64,000 nucleotides of DNA from positions 170,887-234,886 of IMG/VR virus record IMGVR_UViG_3300025536_000010; one strand, written 5' to 3'. Shown here piece by piece: positions 9,366-18,634 of this stretch. Each line of letters opens with the position of its first letter. Within the stretch, counting starts at the first letter, position 1. The notes under the pieces are model-generated. The model did not search any database. It saw only the letters and a program-made list of their open reading frames with translations, and had not been told where the DNA came from. The translations under genes were made by a program, and so were the position numbers.

Positions 9366-9851
9366 ATGGCTGTAACGTCGGCTTTTTTGCGAAAACAGGT
9401 GCGGGCGGCCAAAAACGCTGCCATGATGGCCGCCCGCGCCAGGCGTCGTACGGAAGCATGGGGTTGTAAGATCCGCTGGCCCCCGTACGAGACGGAGTTC
9501 GAGATCCAGGCTCATCTATACGCTGAACTTCGCGCCCTCGGCTTCCGTGTACGCGGCAACATCATGTCGGCCGACAACAACTTCCTCGACCTCGTCGTGT
9601 TCGACGACGCGAATAACGTCATTGCCCTGATCGAGGTCAAGAAAGAGATTCACAAGCACGACTGGGATGACCCCATATTCATGAAGGCGTTGCGCGCACA
9701 GGTGCAGCGTTATTGTGACCTCGGCGGCCCGGTTCACCTGATTGTCGGCATGAAGAAGGCCGAGGCGTTCTTGGCCAAGATTCGCCGTAACGGCGGCAAG
9801 CTGCCCACGAAAGCGTGGGGGGCGGCGTGTTTGCGTCAGGAGACGCCATGA
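9366..9851 (+). CDS. PD-(D/E)xK restriction-endonuclease-like protein
   Basis: E..IQ..LY..L...GF, FLDLVVFD, LIEVKK, QVQRY. Confidence 0.7.
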   Translation: MAVTSAFLRKQVRAAKNAAMMAARARRRTEAWGCKIRWPPYETEFEIQAHLYAELRALGFRVRGNIMSADNNFLDLVVFDDANNVIALIEVKKEIHKHDWDDPIFMKALRAQVQRYCDLGGPVHLIVGMKKAEAFLAKIRRNGGKLPTKAWGAACLRQETP

Positions 9852-10777
9852 GCTTACACGAGCACGATTTGATCTACCGCATCACCGAAGTACGCGGTGC
9901 CGAGCGGTATAACGCTCAGCGGCGGGCCGTATTGACCGGAGCGTTCCGCAGTACGGGTTGGACGCGGGAGGGCAACAAGAGCATCATCGCGTCCATGAAC
10001 TCGCTGCGCCGTCTCTGGCAGAAGCGGCTGGCCGATCTCAAAGCCGCCGCTTGGGGTCCGCTGGCCAAGGAGAGCCACCACTGTTTCATGCGGAACTGTC
10101 CGCCTTTCGGCGTGCTCACGCACAAGATCACCAGCAAGCCCTGCAAGCGCACCCGCGTCTGCCCGTTCTGCTACGCCCGGCAGACGGTCCTGGAGATGTT
10201 CCTGTTCTTCGAGCGGGAACTGTACGGCGGCACCGACCCAGCGTCGCGGGTCGCCCGTCTGGAAGGTCGGCAGCTGGTGGAGGTTCACGTTGACCGCGCC
10301 TGCGACCTGCGGCCATTTCCCGGCGAGGCGCGCGGACCCAAGATTCTCGACTACGGTCGGCGCCTGCGGGTCCGCGTCTTGAACGAGCATCGCCAGGACG
10401 AGCTGCGCCTGTGCGGGGCCAAGACCGGAGCGGTGCTCTACCGCCTGGAGCCGTTCACGAGTAAGCTACGGTTGGTCCGCAGCGGTATCCTGCTCACTTC
10501 GCAGGCGGTGCCGGATTATTTCGGCACCAAGTACGGCCCCAACGACAAGATCATCAAGTACGACCGCGTCGACAAGCACCTGCTCGCTGAGGTCGTCGGC
10601 CGCGTCTGCCGCTATCCGCGGCAGATGCTGATCGCCCCGGCCGAGGACGTCGTGGCGCTGTTGCGCGGCTTGCAGAACGCGCGCCTCCTGTCGTTCTACG
10701 GAGGCACGCCGAAACCCCAAAAGCCAGTTTTGGAGGAAGCAGACGATGGCGAAGAAGAAGGCACGGAAGAAGTCTGA
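9848..10777 (+). CDS. Hypothetical protein resembling a degenerate rolling-circle Rep (zinc motif kept, HUH absent)
   Basis: CKRTRVCPFCYAR, EVVGRVCRYP, LQNARLLSFYG; function inferred only. Confidence 0.45.
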   Translation: MSLHEHDLIYRITEVRGAERYNAQRRAVLTGAFRSTGWTREGNKSIIASMNSLRRLWQKRLADLKAAAWGPLAKESHHCFMRNCPPFGVLTHKITSKPCKRTRVCPFCYARQTVLEMFLFFERELYGGTDPASRVARLEGRQLVEVHVDRACDLRPFPGEARGPKILDYGRRLRVRVLNEHRQDELRLCGAKTGAVLYRLEPFTSKLRLVRSGILLTSQAVPDYFGTKYGPNDKIIKYDRVDKHLLAEVVGRVCRYPRQMLIAPAEDVVALLRGLQNARLLSFYGGTPKPQKPVLEEADDGEEEGTEEV

Positions 10778-11081
10778 GGCATTCGTGCCTGAGAAGGTTG
10801 AGCCCGAAGGCGGTGTGAAAGAGGCCCTTGATCTGGTCGACACCATCGACCGGATCATCGACGAGGACATCGACGGAGAAACCTATTCCAAAGGTGAGGA
10901 TTTCTTCGGCGGCGTCTCCTCGCGCGCCGAAGACATCGGGGCCACCATCGAACGGACCAACAAGGTAAGTCCGGCACAGAAGCAAGCTCTCGACAACATG
11001 CTGGCCGGCGTCCGCAAATGGCTGCACACCGACCGGGACGACAGTCCCTCACGGACGCGGAGCCAGCGCAGGAGAAGGTGA
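10746..11081 (+). CDS. Hypothetical protein
   Basis: GGAGG RBS. Confidence 0.65.
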   Translation: MAKKKARKKSEAFVPEKVEPEGGVKEALDLVDTIDRIIDEDIDGETYSKGEDFFGGVSSRAEDIGATIERTNKVSPAQKQALDNMLAGVRKWLHTDRDDSPSRTRSQRRRR

Positions 11082-11085
11082 ATTT

Positions 11086-11583
11086 ATGGCCGAAGAGATC
11101 ACGAGCCCGCCGTTCCCGAACATGGTGTCGGGCGGTGGCTTGTACGACAAGCTGCGGGAACTCCGCGAGTGGGTCGAGGGCTACCGCGAAGCCCTTAATG
11201 ACGAAGCCGGCCAGGCCGTCATTCCCGCCGTGGCTGAGTTCCCCGAGAAGAAGATGTACGTCCAGTACCAGCCGGTGCCGGTCCAGTTTTACCACTGGAG
11301 CCATCTGCGCCAGATCCGGCGGGAGTGGGACATCTTGCTCCAGAACTACGAGGACGCCTGGAACTGCAAACCGTGCATCCGCCAGCGTGTCATGCTGGTC
11401 CAGCAGGCCGCCCTGCTGCTTAACGGCGCGTTCATGGACCCGGAGACGCGCGAGGCCAAACAGCAGGCAGAGCAGGAGCGCATGCAGCGCTCTTTCGAGC
11501 GGTTGATGGCCCACTATAAAAACATCATGGACCCCGATGACGAAGAAGAGACGCAAGACCGAAAGAAGAAGCGGCGAGGCTGA
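11086..11583 (+). CDS. Hypothetical protein
   Basis: Codon bias and packing. Confidence 0.65.
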   Translation: MAEEITSPPFPNMVSGGGLYDKLRELREWVEGYREALNDEAGQAVIPAVAEFPEKKMYVQYQPVPVQFYHWSHLRQIRREWDILLQNYEDAWNCKPCIRQRVMLVQQAALLLNGAFMDPETREAKQQAEQERMQRSFERLMAHYKNIMDPDDEEETQDRKKKRRG

Positions 11584-12142
11584 GGACTACTTCGGCTTCC
11601 TGGAGGAAGAGTCGGCGCCGCTGCCGCACCAGCGGCGCAAGTACCTGCGGATGCACGAGTGGCCCGAGGAGGCGCCGATCCTCACCGCCGACGACATCTG
11701 CTACAACTTCACGACCGACTCCGGTCGCCGCGACCTCATGGAGTGGTTGGAGGCGGCGTTCGCCCCACGTCACGACCGAGACGGTGTGACGCTGGTCGGC
11801 TACTGGCGCAGCAAGCCTTTCCGCCGGGCGACCAAGATGGTTCAGCGTGTCCTTGCTGAGTACACGGGCCGCGAGCGTTGTGACCTGTGGTTCTTCTGCG
11901 AAAAAAGCTACCGCGACCAACTGCCTGGTTACAGGTGGATCGCTGCGGTCTGGAACGAAGCCATGAGCCGCCTTGGGTACGACATACCCGAGAAGCAGCG
12001 GCGTGTCTCCGAAGAAGGCAGAATGTGGGGAGTTAAATGTGTTGATCCTCGTAAAGAGCGCAAGCCCAGACAGGGGCCTCGTTGCCTGGATGATCGCCCA
12101 GTCCGTCGCAAGCAGCCGGTTCACCGCCACGGTAAGCATTGA
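11537..12142 (+). CDS. Hypothetical protein
   Basis: Codon bias and packing. Confidence 0.55.
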   Translation: MTKKRRKTERRSGEAEDYFGFLEEESAPLPHQRRKYLRMHEWPEEAPILTADDICYNFTTDSGRRDLMEWLEAAFAPRHDRDGVTLVGYWRSKPFRRATKMVQRVLAEYTGRERCDLWFFCEKSYRDQLPGYRWIAAVWNEAMSRLGYDIPEKQRRVSEEGRMWGVKCVDPRKERKPRQGPRCLDDRPVRRKQPVHRHGKH

Positions 12143-12626
12143 CGCCAAGGACATACCGTTGCGCTATCGCCACCGGGCGGCCATCAAGATCGAATACGTC
12201 CGCCTGCGTCGCCGTAAGGATTACTGCGGGCAGCACCCTGGTCCCTGCCTGGCCCTGTTCCGCCGGCACCGTAAGAGTAGTTGTCTCGAAGGCACGGACT
12301 GGGTCGCGTTCAACGACCTGCTCAATGACGTCCTCGACGCCCTGGGCGTCGACGCCGACGTTTTCTCGTTCAACCGCGAGTCCATGTGCTCGCGCTACTA
12401 CATTCGTCGCGGCACGCGGCGGTTGACGAACTACCTGTCGGACTCTGTGATTCGTTCTGGGAGGCCGATCTATTTTTGGCGAGAGAACTACCTCGCCGAC
12501 TTCGAGGACTGGTGCGATAAAGAGGCCCCGGCCTCGACGTACCCCGACGACACGCCCGGCTATTACGCCAAGACGTTGGCAGAAGAGGAGGCTTGCCGTG
12601 CCCAGGAAGAGACAGCGTACGCATAA
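12039..12626 (+). CDS. Hypothetical protein
   Basis: GGGGAG before GTG 12039. Confidence 0.55.
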   Translation: MLILVKSASPDRGLVAWMIAQSVASSRFTATVSIDAKDIPLRYRHRAAIKIEYVRLRRRKDYCGQHPGPCLALFRRHRKSSCLEGTDWVAFNDLLNDVLDALGVDADVFSFNRESMCSRYYIRRGTRRLTNYLSDSVIRSGRPIYFWRENYLADFEDWCDKEAPASTYPDDTPGYYAKTLAEEEACRAQEETAYA

Positions 12627-13158
12627 CGAGTGGTTCTTCCCTGTGGAGCGCGGCGGACGCAAGTCCTGCACGCACTGCAAGGCGAAACTGGAGCCGGGTG
12701 AGTGGATCTGGTCGTGGTGCGAATACCGCAACGCCAAGAGACATAGCATCCGCGACGTCTGCAAAGCGTGCTGGCCAGCACTCCGCGAGGATCTGCTGCG
12801 GCACGAACGGCAATGCCCGGAGAACTGTACAATCAACCTGGAGATCCGTGGGGCTCCCAAGCCTGCGTGGATGACACTGCGGGAGGTGTGCGATGCCGCC
12901 GTTGAAGATATTCCCGGAGGATCTGGACAAATCCAGTGTGCGGGAAAGCCGTGTGTGGGTGAAAGAGAACCGGCGCGACGGTTGCCGGTGCCCAGCATGC
13001 CGGCAAGTGGTAGCAGAACGGAAGCGGCATTTGCACCACTCGATGGCCCGAGCGCTGCTGCTGATCTTCTGGTACTTTCAACGGAACCCCGGCAAGAACT
13101 GGTTGCATGTGGAGAGTTACCTCAAGCATCTGCCGGTCAGTCGGGCGCTTCGTGGTGA
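12598..13158 (+). CDS. Putative zinc-finger protein (3' end overlaps the next gene)
   Basis: GAGGAGG RBS; CTHC...CKAC. Confidence 0.5.
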   Translation: MPRKRQRTHNEWFFPVERGGRKSCTHCKAKLEPGEWIWSWCEYRNAKRHSIRDVCKACWPALREDLLRHERQCPENCTINLEIRGAPKPAWMTLREVCDAAVEDIPGGSGQIQCAGKPCVGEREPARRLPVPSMPASGSRTEAAFAPLDGPSAAADLLVLSTEPRQELVACGELPQASAGQSGASW

Positions 13159-13429
13159 CTTTGCCAAGCTGCGGTTCTGGGGGTTGATCGAGAAGCGCCC
13201 AGGCGCGAAGGACGACGGCAACCCCAGCAGCGGTTACTACGCGATCACCGCGAAAGGGAAGAAGTTCGTCCGTAACGAGATCTCGGTGCCGCCGTACTTC
13301 TGGATGTTCAACGGGAAGTGCCGCGGGTTCGCTCAGGACGAGGAAGAGGTGTACATTAAAGACGTGCTCCAGAAGAAGTTTTTCAACTACGACAAGTTGA
13401 TGAACAACGAGGGACTCGATACCGGCTGA
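12893..13429 (+). CDS. Hypothetical protein, zinc ribbon plus winged-helix-like C-terminus
   Basis: GGGAGG RBS; CRCPAC; KLRFWGLIE...GYYAITAKGKKF. Confidence 0.65.
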   Translation: MPPLKIFPEDLDKSSVRESRVWVKENRRDGCRCPACRQVVAERKRHLHHSMARALLLIFWYFQRNPGKNWLHVESYLKHLPVSRALRGDFAKLRFWGLIEKRPGAKDDGNPSSGYYAITAKGKKFVRNEISVPPYFWMFNGKCRGFAQDEEEVYIKDVLQKKFFNYDKLMNNEGLDTG

Positions 13430-13437
13430 GGTGAAGC

Positions 13438-13908
13438 ATGCTGACCAAAACAGAAGTAGAGGCCCTGGCCAGGAAGTGGCGCCCGTCCTTGCCCAGGGAC
13501 TGGCGCACCGAATACTGGGAGAACCTCGGCTGGCACTTCCGGTTCGTCAACGGCCGCGTCTGCATCAGTTACCATCAGTACCAGGGTGACCAGGGTTTCC
13601 ACGCGATGATCTCCGACATCGGTGGCCCTGTCGGCAGCAGCAGCGGCGACTGGCACGACTCGACGTCCTATGCTACGCCGCGCGAGGCTGCCCTGGCAGC
13701 AGCCAAGAACGTCGCGGCCTATATCAAGAAGCGGACGGAGGAATTCGGTATCCTCCGCAAAGAAATCACGGACGCTCTGGAGTCGATTCGCAGCAACCGG
13801 CCCGACCAGCCGCTGCTGTTCCCGGACGATCCTGAGCCCAATACTGACGGCCCCTATGGACCAGAACACGATGAACCACGGCGTCGTAAGCCACGCGGAC
13901 GTCGCTAA
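13438..13908 (+). CDS. Hypothetical protein
   Basis: GAGGTG RBS. Confidence 0.6.
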   Translation: MLTKTEVEALARKWRPSLPRDWRTEYWENLGWHFRFVNGRVCISYHQYQGDQGFHAMISDIGGPVGSSSGDWHDSTSYATPREAALAAAKNVAAYIKKRTEEFGILRKEITDALESIRSNRPDQPLLFPDDPEPNTDGPYGPEHDEPRRRKPRGRR

Positions 13909-14449
13909 GTTCGGTGGGCGCTTCGATGCCCGTTACTTGCTCATGTGCAAGGAACACGAAGCGCTCTACGACGAACTGGTGGCGCAGTTGACCAAGGAAG
14001 AGTTGTGCGACCTGGCCCAGCGCTTGCCCTACAACCAGCAGATCGCCGACGTGCTGCGGCCACGGGGCGTAGTTGCGAACCACCAGAGTTCGTTCATGCG
14101 CTGGCTCCTCGGTGAGCCCGCTGAGAGCGGGTCTTACATGTCGGCGACTTGGCGCCCGCCCAGGCCGCCACTACCGGGGCAGCCGAAGCGCGTGCTGGCC
14201 GTCTACTGTGCTGCGGCGGCGCAGTATACGGCTAGCATCATGCTGGAACGTGTCCTGGCACTGTCCCAGCAGAAGAAGTTGATCCTGGACGACTTGCTGG
14301 CCCTGATGAATTTCGGGGCGGGTAAGGATCTGGTAAGGCTGCGCGAAGCCATGAAGCGTGGCGGGAAAGAGAAACTCGAAGAGGTGAAGCCTGGCGGATC
14401 TGCACTGAATCAGCCAGGAGACGGCGCTGCCGGAGAAACGTCAACATGA
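13856..14449 (+). CDS. Hypothetical protein
   Basis: Likely ATG 13856 inside the longer ORF; ATGA overlap with the next gene. Confidence 0.55.
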   Translation: MDQNTMNHGVVSHADVAKFGGRFDARYLLMCKEHEALYDELVAQLTKEELCDLAQRLPYNQQIADVLRPRGVVANHQSSFMRWLLGEPAESGSYMSATWRPPRPPLPGQPKRVLAVYCAAAAQYTASIMLERVLALSQQKKLILDDLLALMNFGAGKDLVRLREAMKRGGKEKLEEVKPGGSALNQPGDGAAGETST

Positions 14450-15102
14450 GCAGGCGCGCTGGTCCAGTGCGTACGACTGACTACGCAGAGGTCCATTCAT
14501 TCGATGAGGCCGTCGTTTTCTTGAATGGTAAGCAGCGACGGCAGATTAGCGTCTCGACGCGGCAGGGCTACGAGATTTACGTCATCGTGACGGGCCGCGA
14601 CGAGGACGGTGCCGTTTGGGAGGCCGGTATCGAAGCTGCCGGCGCGATTATCCTGCGCTACCGAGCAGACGGAAGCTACAAGGCCAGTATGCGGAACAAA
14701 GACAAACGGCGTTTCGCTACGGCTTACACGCGGGACCGTCTGAATCAGTTTGCGCCGCACGGGGTACGTTACCACCTGCTGCGCAATGGTACGTTGCTGC
14801 ACACGCTCATCGGCAGCGGTTCGTGCGAGGATTGTGAAGACAAATGGTATAACCTACTAGGATACCAGGAGGACGCCATGCCAAGAAGTAACCGGCCTGT
14901 CAACGGAGTGCCGATTGTGCAGCCGGTGCCTGATGCGCTGAGGCACGCTGAGGCGCATGCCGCGGCACCGGCATCGGTGCCGGATTACGAACATCGCTAC
15001 AGTAACGGCGTCGTAGTCGTTAAGTTGCACGGCTGCGCCGTGACCGTTAGCGGTGTGCTACCGGACCACGGCGTTAGCGTTACGAGAGAGGTTGGGCGCT
15101 AA
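14446..15102 (+). CDS. Hypothetical protein (paralog of 15530-16210)
   Basis: Y..DGS...T..T..RLNQF.P shared with 15530; internal RBS plus in-frame ATG at 14878. Confidence 0.6.
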   Translation: MSRRAGPVRTTDYAEVHSFDEAVVFLNGKQRRQISVSTRQGYEIYVIVTGRDEDGAVWEAGIEAAGAIILRYRADGSYKASMRNKDKRRFATAYTRDRLNQFAPHGVRYHLLRNGTLLHTLIGSGSCEDCEDKWYNLLGYQEDAMPRSNRPVNGVPIVQPVPDALRHAEAHAAAPASVPDYEHRYSNGVVVVKLHGCAVTVSGVLPDHGVSVTREVGR

Positions 15103-15104
15103 TC

Positions 15105-15521
15105 ATGTGGAGTCTGGAAAGTCTACGCCGGATCAACCAACAGGCGGCGAACAAAGCGCACCGCCTCAAGAAGAAGCCTCGTAGCTTCACGGTCGAGCAG
15201 CTGCGGCACGCCATCGCCAATCGGGGTGAGGGTGTTGCCGTGCCCAGCCTCGGCAGTTTTACCCCGGACGGCTGGGTGGACACATTGGAGGCGAAGCGGG
15301 CCTGGCGGATGGTCGACAAGAGTTGGCAGGAGAAGCGTGATGGCCCCGCCATGACCATCCGCGAGATGCTGGAGTGGATGCTGGATCTCACACGCCAGAA
15401 CCCCAAACACGCCTTCGCCGTGGTCGACGAGGGGCCGTTCCAGCTGCATGTCAGCGCCTTCTTGCCCGAGGAGAAACTACAGGGCCACCAGGTCCACGAG
15501 GATGACGGCAACCCTGATTAG
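15105..15521 (+). CDS. Hypothetical protein
   Basis: Codon bias; AFAVVDEGPFQLHV. Confidence 0.65.
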   Translation: MWSLESLRRINQQAANKAHRLKKKPRSFTVEQLRHAIANRGEGVAVPSLGSFTPDGWVDTLEAKRAWRMVDKSWQEKRDGPAMTIREMLEWMLDLTRQNPKHAFAVVDEGPFQLHVSAFLPEEKLQGHQVHEDDGNPD

Positions 15522-15529
15522 GAGCCGCC

Positions 15530-16210
15530 TTGGCCGCTAACCATCCGTACGCCGGCATCTCTGCATGCCACTTTATCAACTCGAAGGCGGACATCCACAG
15601 CTACGAGGATTGCGTCAGATTTTTGGGCGATGAATGCACCAAGAAGCTCGCCTCCAACATGCTCGTCTGTAGCGGGCCGCGGCACCTCTGTAACCCGCTG
15701 TGGTGTCACGTCCGTCTGTACGAGACGAACATCATCACTTACTGGCGGGACGGTTCGTTCATCGTCGACCACGGTGGCCACATCACGGCTACCACGGTGA
15801 CGCGCCTCAACCAGTTCGGGCCGCATCTGGTGCATTTCTATCGCCACCGCAACAGGCTCTGGGTGAGCGGCGTGGAGTGCGGTCACGCGCGACAGGCTTT
15901 GCGCGTCGAACGGCGTGAAGACGGCTCGCAATTTGTTGCTCGCGCGGAGCCGGTGGAGCGCCCCGGCATCTTCGTTGGGGCGCCGCCAATACCTGTGGCG
16001 GACTTGACGCCCGTGGTGGTTGGCACTCCAATGCGCGTGAAGTTTACGGCAGAGGGTGGCTTCGTGGCCACCTACAGTGAAGGACCGGACGACGGGCGCG
16101 ATTTGGACGCCTGTGTCCAGCAAGCCCTGGGTCGCCTGTTGGGCGGCAACGGGGACGGCTCAAGTTTGACAGGAGAACTACACAATGGCGAAGATCATCA
16201 CCAACGGTAA
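15530..16210 (+). CDS. Hypothetical protein (paralog of 14446-15102)
   Basis: AGGAG RBS; LYETNIITYWRDGS...TATTVTRLNQF. Confidence 0.65.
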   Translation: MAANHPYAGISACHFINSKADIHSYEDCVRFLGDECTKKLASNMLVCSGPRHLCNPLWCHVRLYETNIITYWRDGSFIVDHGGHITATTVTRLNQFGPHLVHFYRHRNRLWVSGVECGHARQALRVERREDGSQFVARAEPVERPGIFVGAPPIPVADLTPVVVGTPMRVKFTAEGGFVATYSEGPDDGRDLDACVQQALGRLLGGNGDGSSLTGELHNGEDHHQR

Positions 16211-16535
16211 GCAGCAGCTGGAAGCGGAGAAGGCCCTCAAGACGGAGGTGAGGGAACTCACCGGGGCGATCAAGGGCAAGAATACCGCGATCAAAGCGCT
16301 GGAGAAGGAGCTTATCCTGAACAAGAAGGCGGTTGGCAAAACCATCGCCGAGAAGGAGAAGCTGTCCGTTATTTTGCTGGGTAAGATGTCGGCTGTCCAG
16401 AACCACCATCAGGACATCGAAGACACCATCGACCAGTGGGCCGACGACAAGCTCAAGCCGGCGCAGGCGCTGCGGAAGATCCGCGGCATCAGTGCCAAGC
16501 TGGGCAGGTTGTGCAAGTCCGTCGTCCCCGGTTAG
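16185..16535 (+). CDS. Basic coiled-coil hypothetical protein
   Basis: AGGAG RBS. Confidence 0.65.
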   Translation: MAKIITNGKQQLEAEKALKTEVRELTGAIKGKNTAIKALEKELILNKKAVGKTIAEKEKLSVILLGKMSAVQNHHQDIEDTIDQWADDKLKPAQALRKIRGISAKLGRLCKSVVPG

Positions 16536-16591
16536 GACTGGCGTCTTGATCGCCCTTCGGTAACAATGCGTGCGACGCATGGAGGTGTCGC

Positions 16592-16783
16592 ATGTTACCT
16601 GAACCATCCAAGCCTGGAGTCCAGCTGTGCATGAAGTGCGGCTGGAAGTTCATCAGTCCTGACCCGGAGCGTATCCGTCGCTGTCAGGACTGCAAGAAAC
16701 ACGAAGAACTGTACGAACCGCCCTCGGGGAGGCTAGTCCTCACCGAGGGCATCGTACACATCCTCTGGGAGTTCCAGCAGTGA
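16592..16783 (+). CDS. Small zinc-ribbon protein
   Basis: GGAGG RBS; CMKCG..F......RRCQDC. Confidence 0.65.
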   Translation: MLPEPSKPGVQLCMKCGWKFISPDPERIRRCQDCKKHEELYEPPSGRLVLTEGIVHILWEFQQ

Positions 16784-17835
16784 GCGTCGTACGCAAGATC
16801 ATCGTCCTGGGTGACGTTATTCTCGACCGTACGGTTTTCTGCCGTATCAAGGGCCTCTCGCCTGAAAACCAAAATATCTTCGACGTCGAAGAGAAGCACG
16901 GCGACAACGCCCTGGGTGGGGCTGGCAACGTCGCTGCCAACTGCTTCGGGCTGTTCGGGCAGAAAGACGGTCAGTCGGTGCTACCGCTGTTCCTGGTCGC
17001 GGCCGACGATGCTGGCAGGGAGATTACCTGCCTGTTGAACTGTCTGCATGTGGAGTACGGCCTGGACCGTTACTACGGCGGCGTGACAGCGGAGAAGATT
17101 CGCTACGTCACCAGCAGTGGTCAGCTGCTGCGCATCAGCCGCGAGGGGTCTGGCGATCTGTCGAGCGGCTACTGGTCCAGCAGCAAGTCCAGTCTGAGCC
17201 TGCGGTTGAACGTGGAGATCCAGGAGCCTGTCCGGCCGGTCGTTTGCCTCGTCGACTACGACAAGGGTTATTTCCGCAGCCCATTGGTTACGGAGATCAT
17301 GGTCAAGCTGATCGGCGCGCAGTGCCCGATCATTGTGGACCCCGGTCGGCACGGTCATTGGGAGCGGTATAACCTGGCCACGGTCATCAAGGCCAACGTC
17401 AAGCAGGCCCAGGCGCACTACGAATCGCATCGGGACAGCCGTGCCGACCTGTGCCCGCCGCTCGACTCCCCGGAGAAGTTCGACCCGAACGAATACGAGT
17501 GTGACTCGTTCTACCGCTCCGTGGCCCACCGGCTGCAACGGCTGCTGGACGACACCAAGGTCAACTACGAGCACATGGTTCTGACGCTGGGGGCCGGCGG
17601 TTTGGCGCACTTCACGCCCAACGGGGAAGTGCAGCTGATGCGTGAGCCGCCTTGTGACATTATCGACGTCACTGGGGCCGGCGATACCGTAATGGCCGCG
17701 CTGGCCGTGGGTATGGCGGAGTACGGGCACGACGCGGGGAACATGGCTGCCAACTGCCGGTTCGCGCTCAAAGCAGCCAACGTCGCCGTCCGGCGGCGCG
17801 GGACGACGGTCGTTCACAGAAAAGACGTGGAGTGA
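16780..17835 (+). CDS. HldE/RfaE domain I-like PfkB sugar kinase (heptose-7-phosphate kinase-like)
   Basis: IIVLGDVILDR, LGGAGNVAAN, T.EKIRY....QLLRI, DYDKG, IIVDP, DVTGAGDTVMA. Confidence 0.85.
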   Translation: MSVVRKIIVLGDVILDRTVFCRIKGLSPENQNIFDVEEKHGDNALGGAGNVAANCFGLFGQKDGQSVLPLFLVAADDAGREITCLLNCLHVEYGLDRYYGGVTAEKIRYVTSSGQLLRISREGSGDLSSGYWSSSKSSLSLRLNVEIQEPVRPVVCLVDYDKGYFRSPLVTEIMVKLIGAQCPIIVDPGRHGHWERYNLATVIKANVKQAQAHYESHRDSRADLCPPLDSPEKFDPNEYECDSFYRSVAHRLQRLLDDTKVNYEHMVLTLGAGGLAHFTPNGEVQLMREPPCDIIDVTGAGDTVMAALAVGMAEYGHDAGNMAANCRFALKAANVAVRRRGTTVVHRKDVE

Positions 17836-18371
17836 TGGAACCCGCACGTTTCACGAACAATTACCCAGGCCCTTACTGGGACATGACCTGGCAGCGTTGG
17901 GCCTATCGGGACGCCCTGGACTGGGCCAAGAAAAACAAGCGGACCATCGTGGTCTGCAACGGCTGCTTCGACTTGCTGCACATCGGCCACCTGCGCGTCT
18001 TTCAGGCGGCGCGCGAGGTGGACCCCGGCAACACGTTCGTCGTCGCTGCGGCAAACGACGACGCCACGGTCAAGAAGCTCAAGGGTAAGAGTCGGCCCTT
18101 CCTCACCTTGGAGCAGCGCCTGCACTTCCTCTACGCCATCCGCTTCGTCGACTTCGCAGTCGGCTTCTGGGAGGACACACCGGAGAAACTGCTCCAGTTC
18201 ACGGAGCCAGACTACCTGGCCAAGGGTGAAGAATACAAGGGTCGTGCCGAAGACATCCCTGGCTACCTATACGCCAAGAAAGGTATGCTGTGGGTGCCGA
18301 TGGAGATTGGCTGTCACACCACCGACCTCGCCCTCAAGATCGCTACCGCGACAAGGAAGTCCCTCGGATAA
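17832..18371 (+). CDS. HldE/RfaE domain II-like nucleotidyltransferase (heptose-1-phosphate adenylyltransferase-like)
   Basis: NGCFDLLHIGH, NDDATVKKLKGKSRP, EDTPEKLL...PDYLAKGEEY. Confidence 0.88.
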   Translation: MMEPARFTNNYPGPYWDMTWQRWAYRDALDWAKKNKRTIVVCNGCFDLLHIGHLRVFQAAREVDPGNTFVVAAANDDATVKKLKGKSRPFLTLEQRLHFLYAIRFVDFAVGFWEDTPEKLLQFTEPDYLAKGEEYKGRAEDIPGYLYAKKGMLWVPMEIGCHTTDLALKIATATRKSLG

Positions 18372-18390
18372 CTACAACTGACATCGAGGA

Positions 18391-18609
18391 GTGACTCCTG
18401 TGCGAGTAAAATGTCGCAGTGGTTTGGCGCTGACGATCCCGTGCCACCACACAGTCTTTACGCCGGTCGGTGATTACCAGGAGGGTGATGTTGTCGACCC
18501 CACTACGGTAGATTTCGAGGCCGACCGTGCTCCGGTCGTCCTGGAGCCCGGCCGGCGCATCATCGTCGACAATAAGGTAGAGGTCGTCGAGACAGTTCGG
18601 ACGGCCTGA
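18391..18609 (+). CDS. Hypothetical protein
   Basis: Fills the gap; start uncertain. Confidence 0.5.
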   Translation: MTPVRVKCRSGLALTIPCHHTVFTPVGDYQEGDVVDPTTVDFEADRAPVVLEPGRRIIVDNKVEVVETVRTA

Positions 18610-18634
18610 TGGCTAAAAGCCACTTTTGAGAACT

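Noticed and set aside
16565-16594. Alternative hairpins around the RBS of the gene upstream of the HldE-like pair
   Set aside because: Stems of only 6-7 bp in GC-rich DNA; too weak to call a switch.
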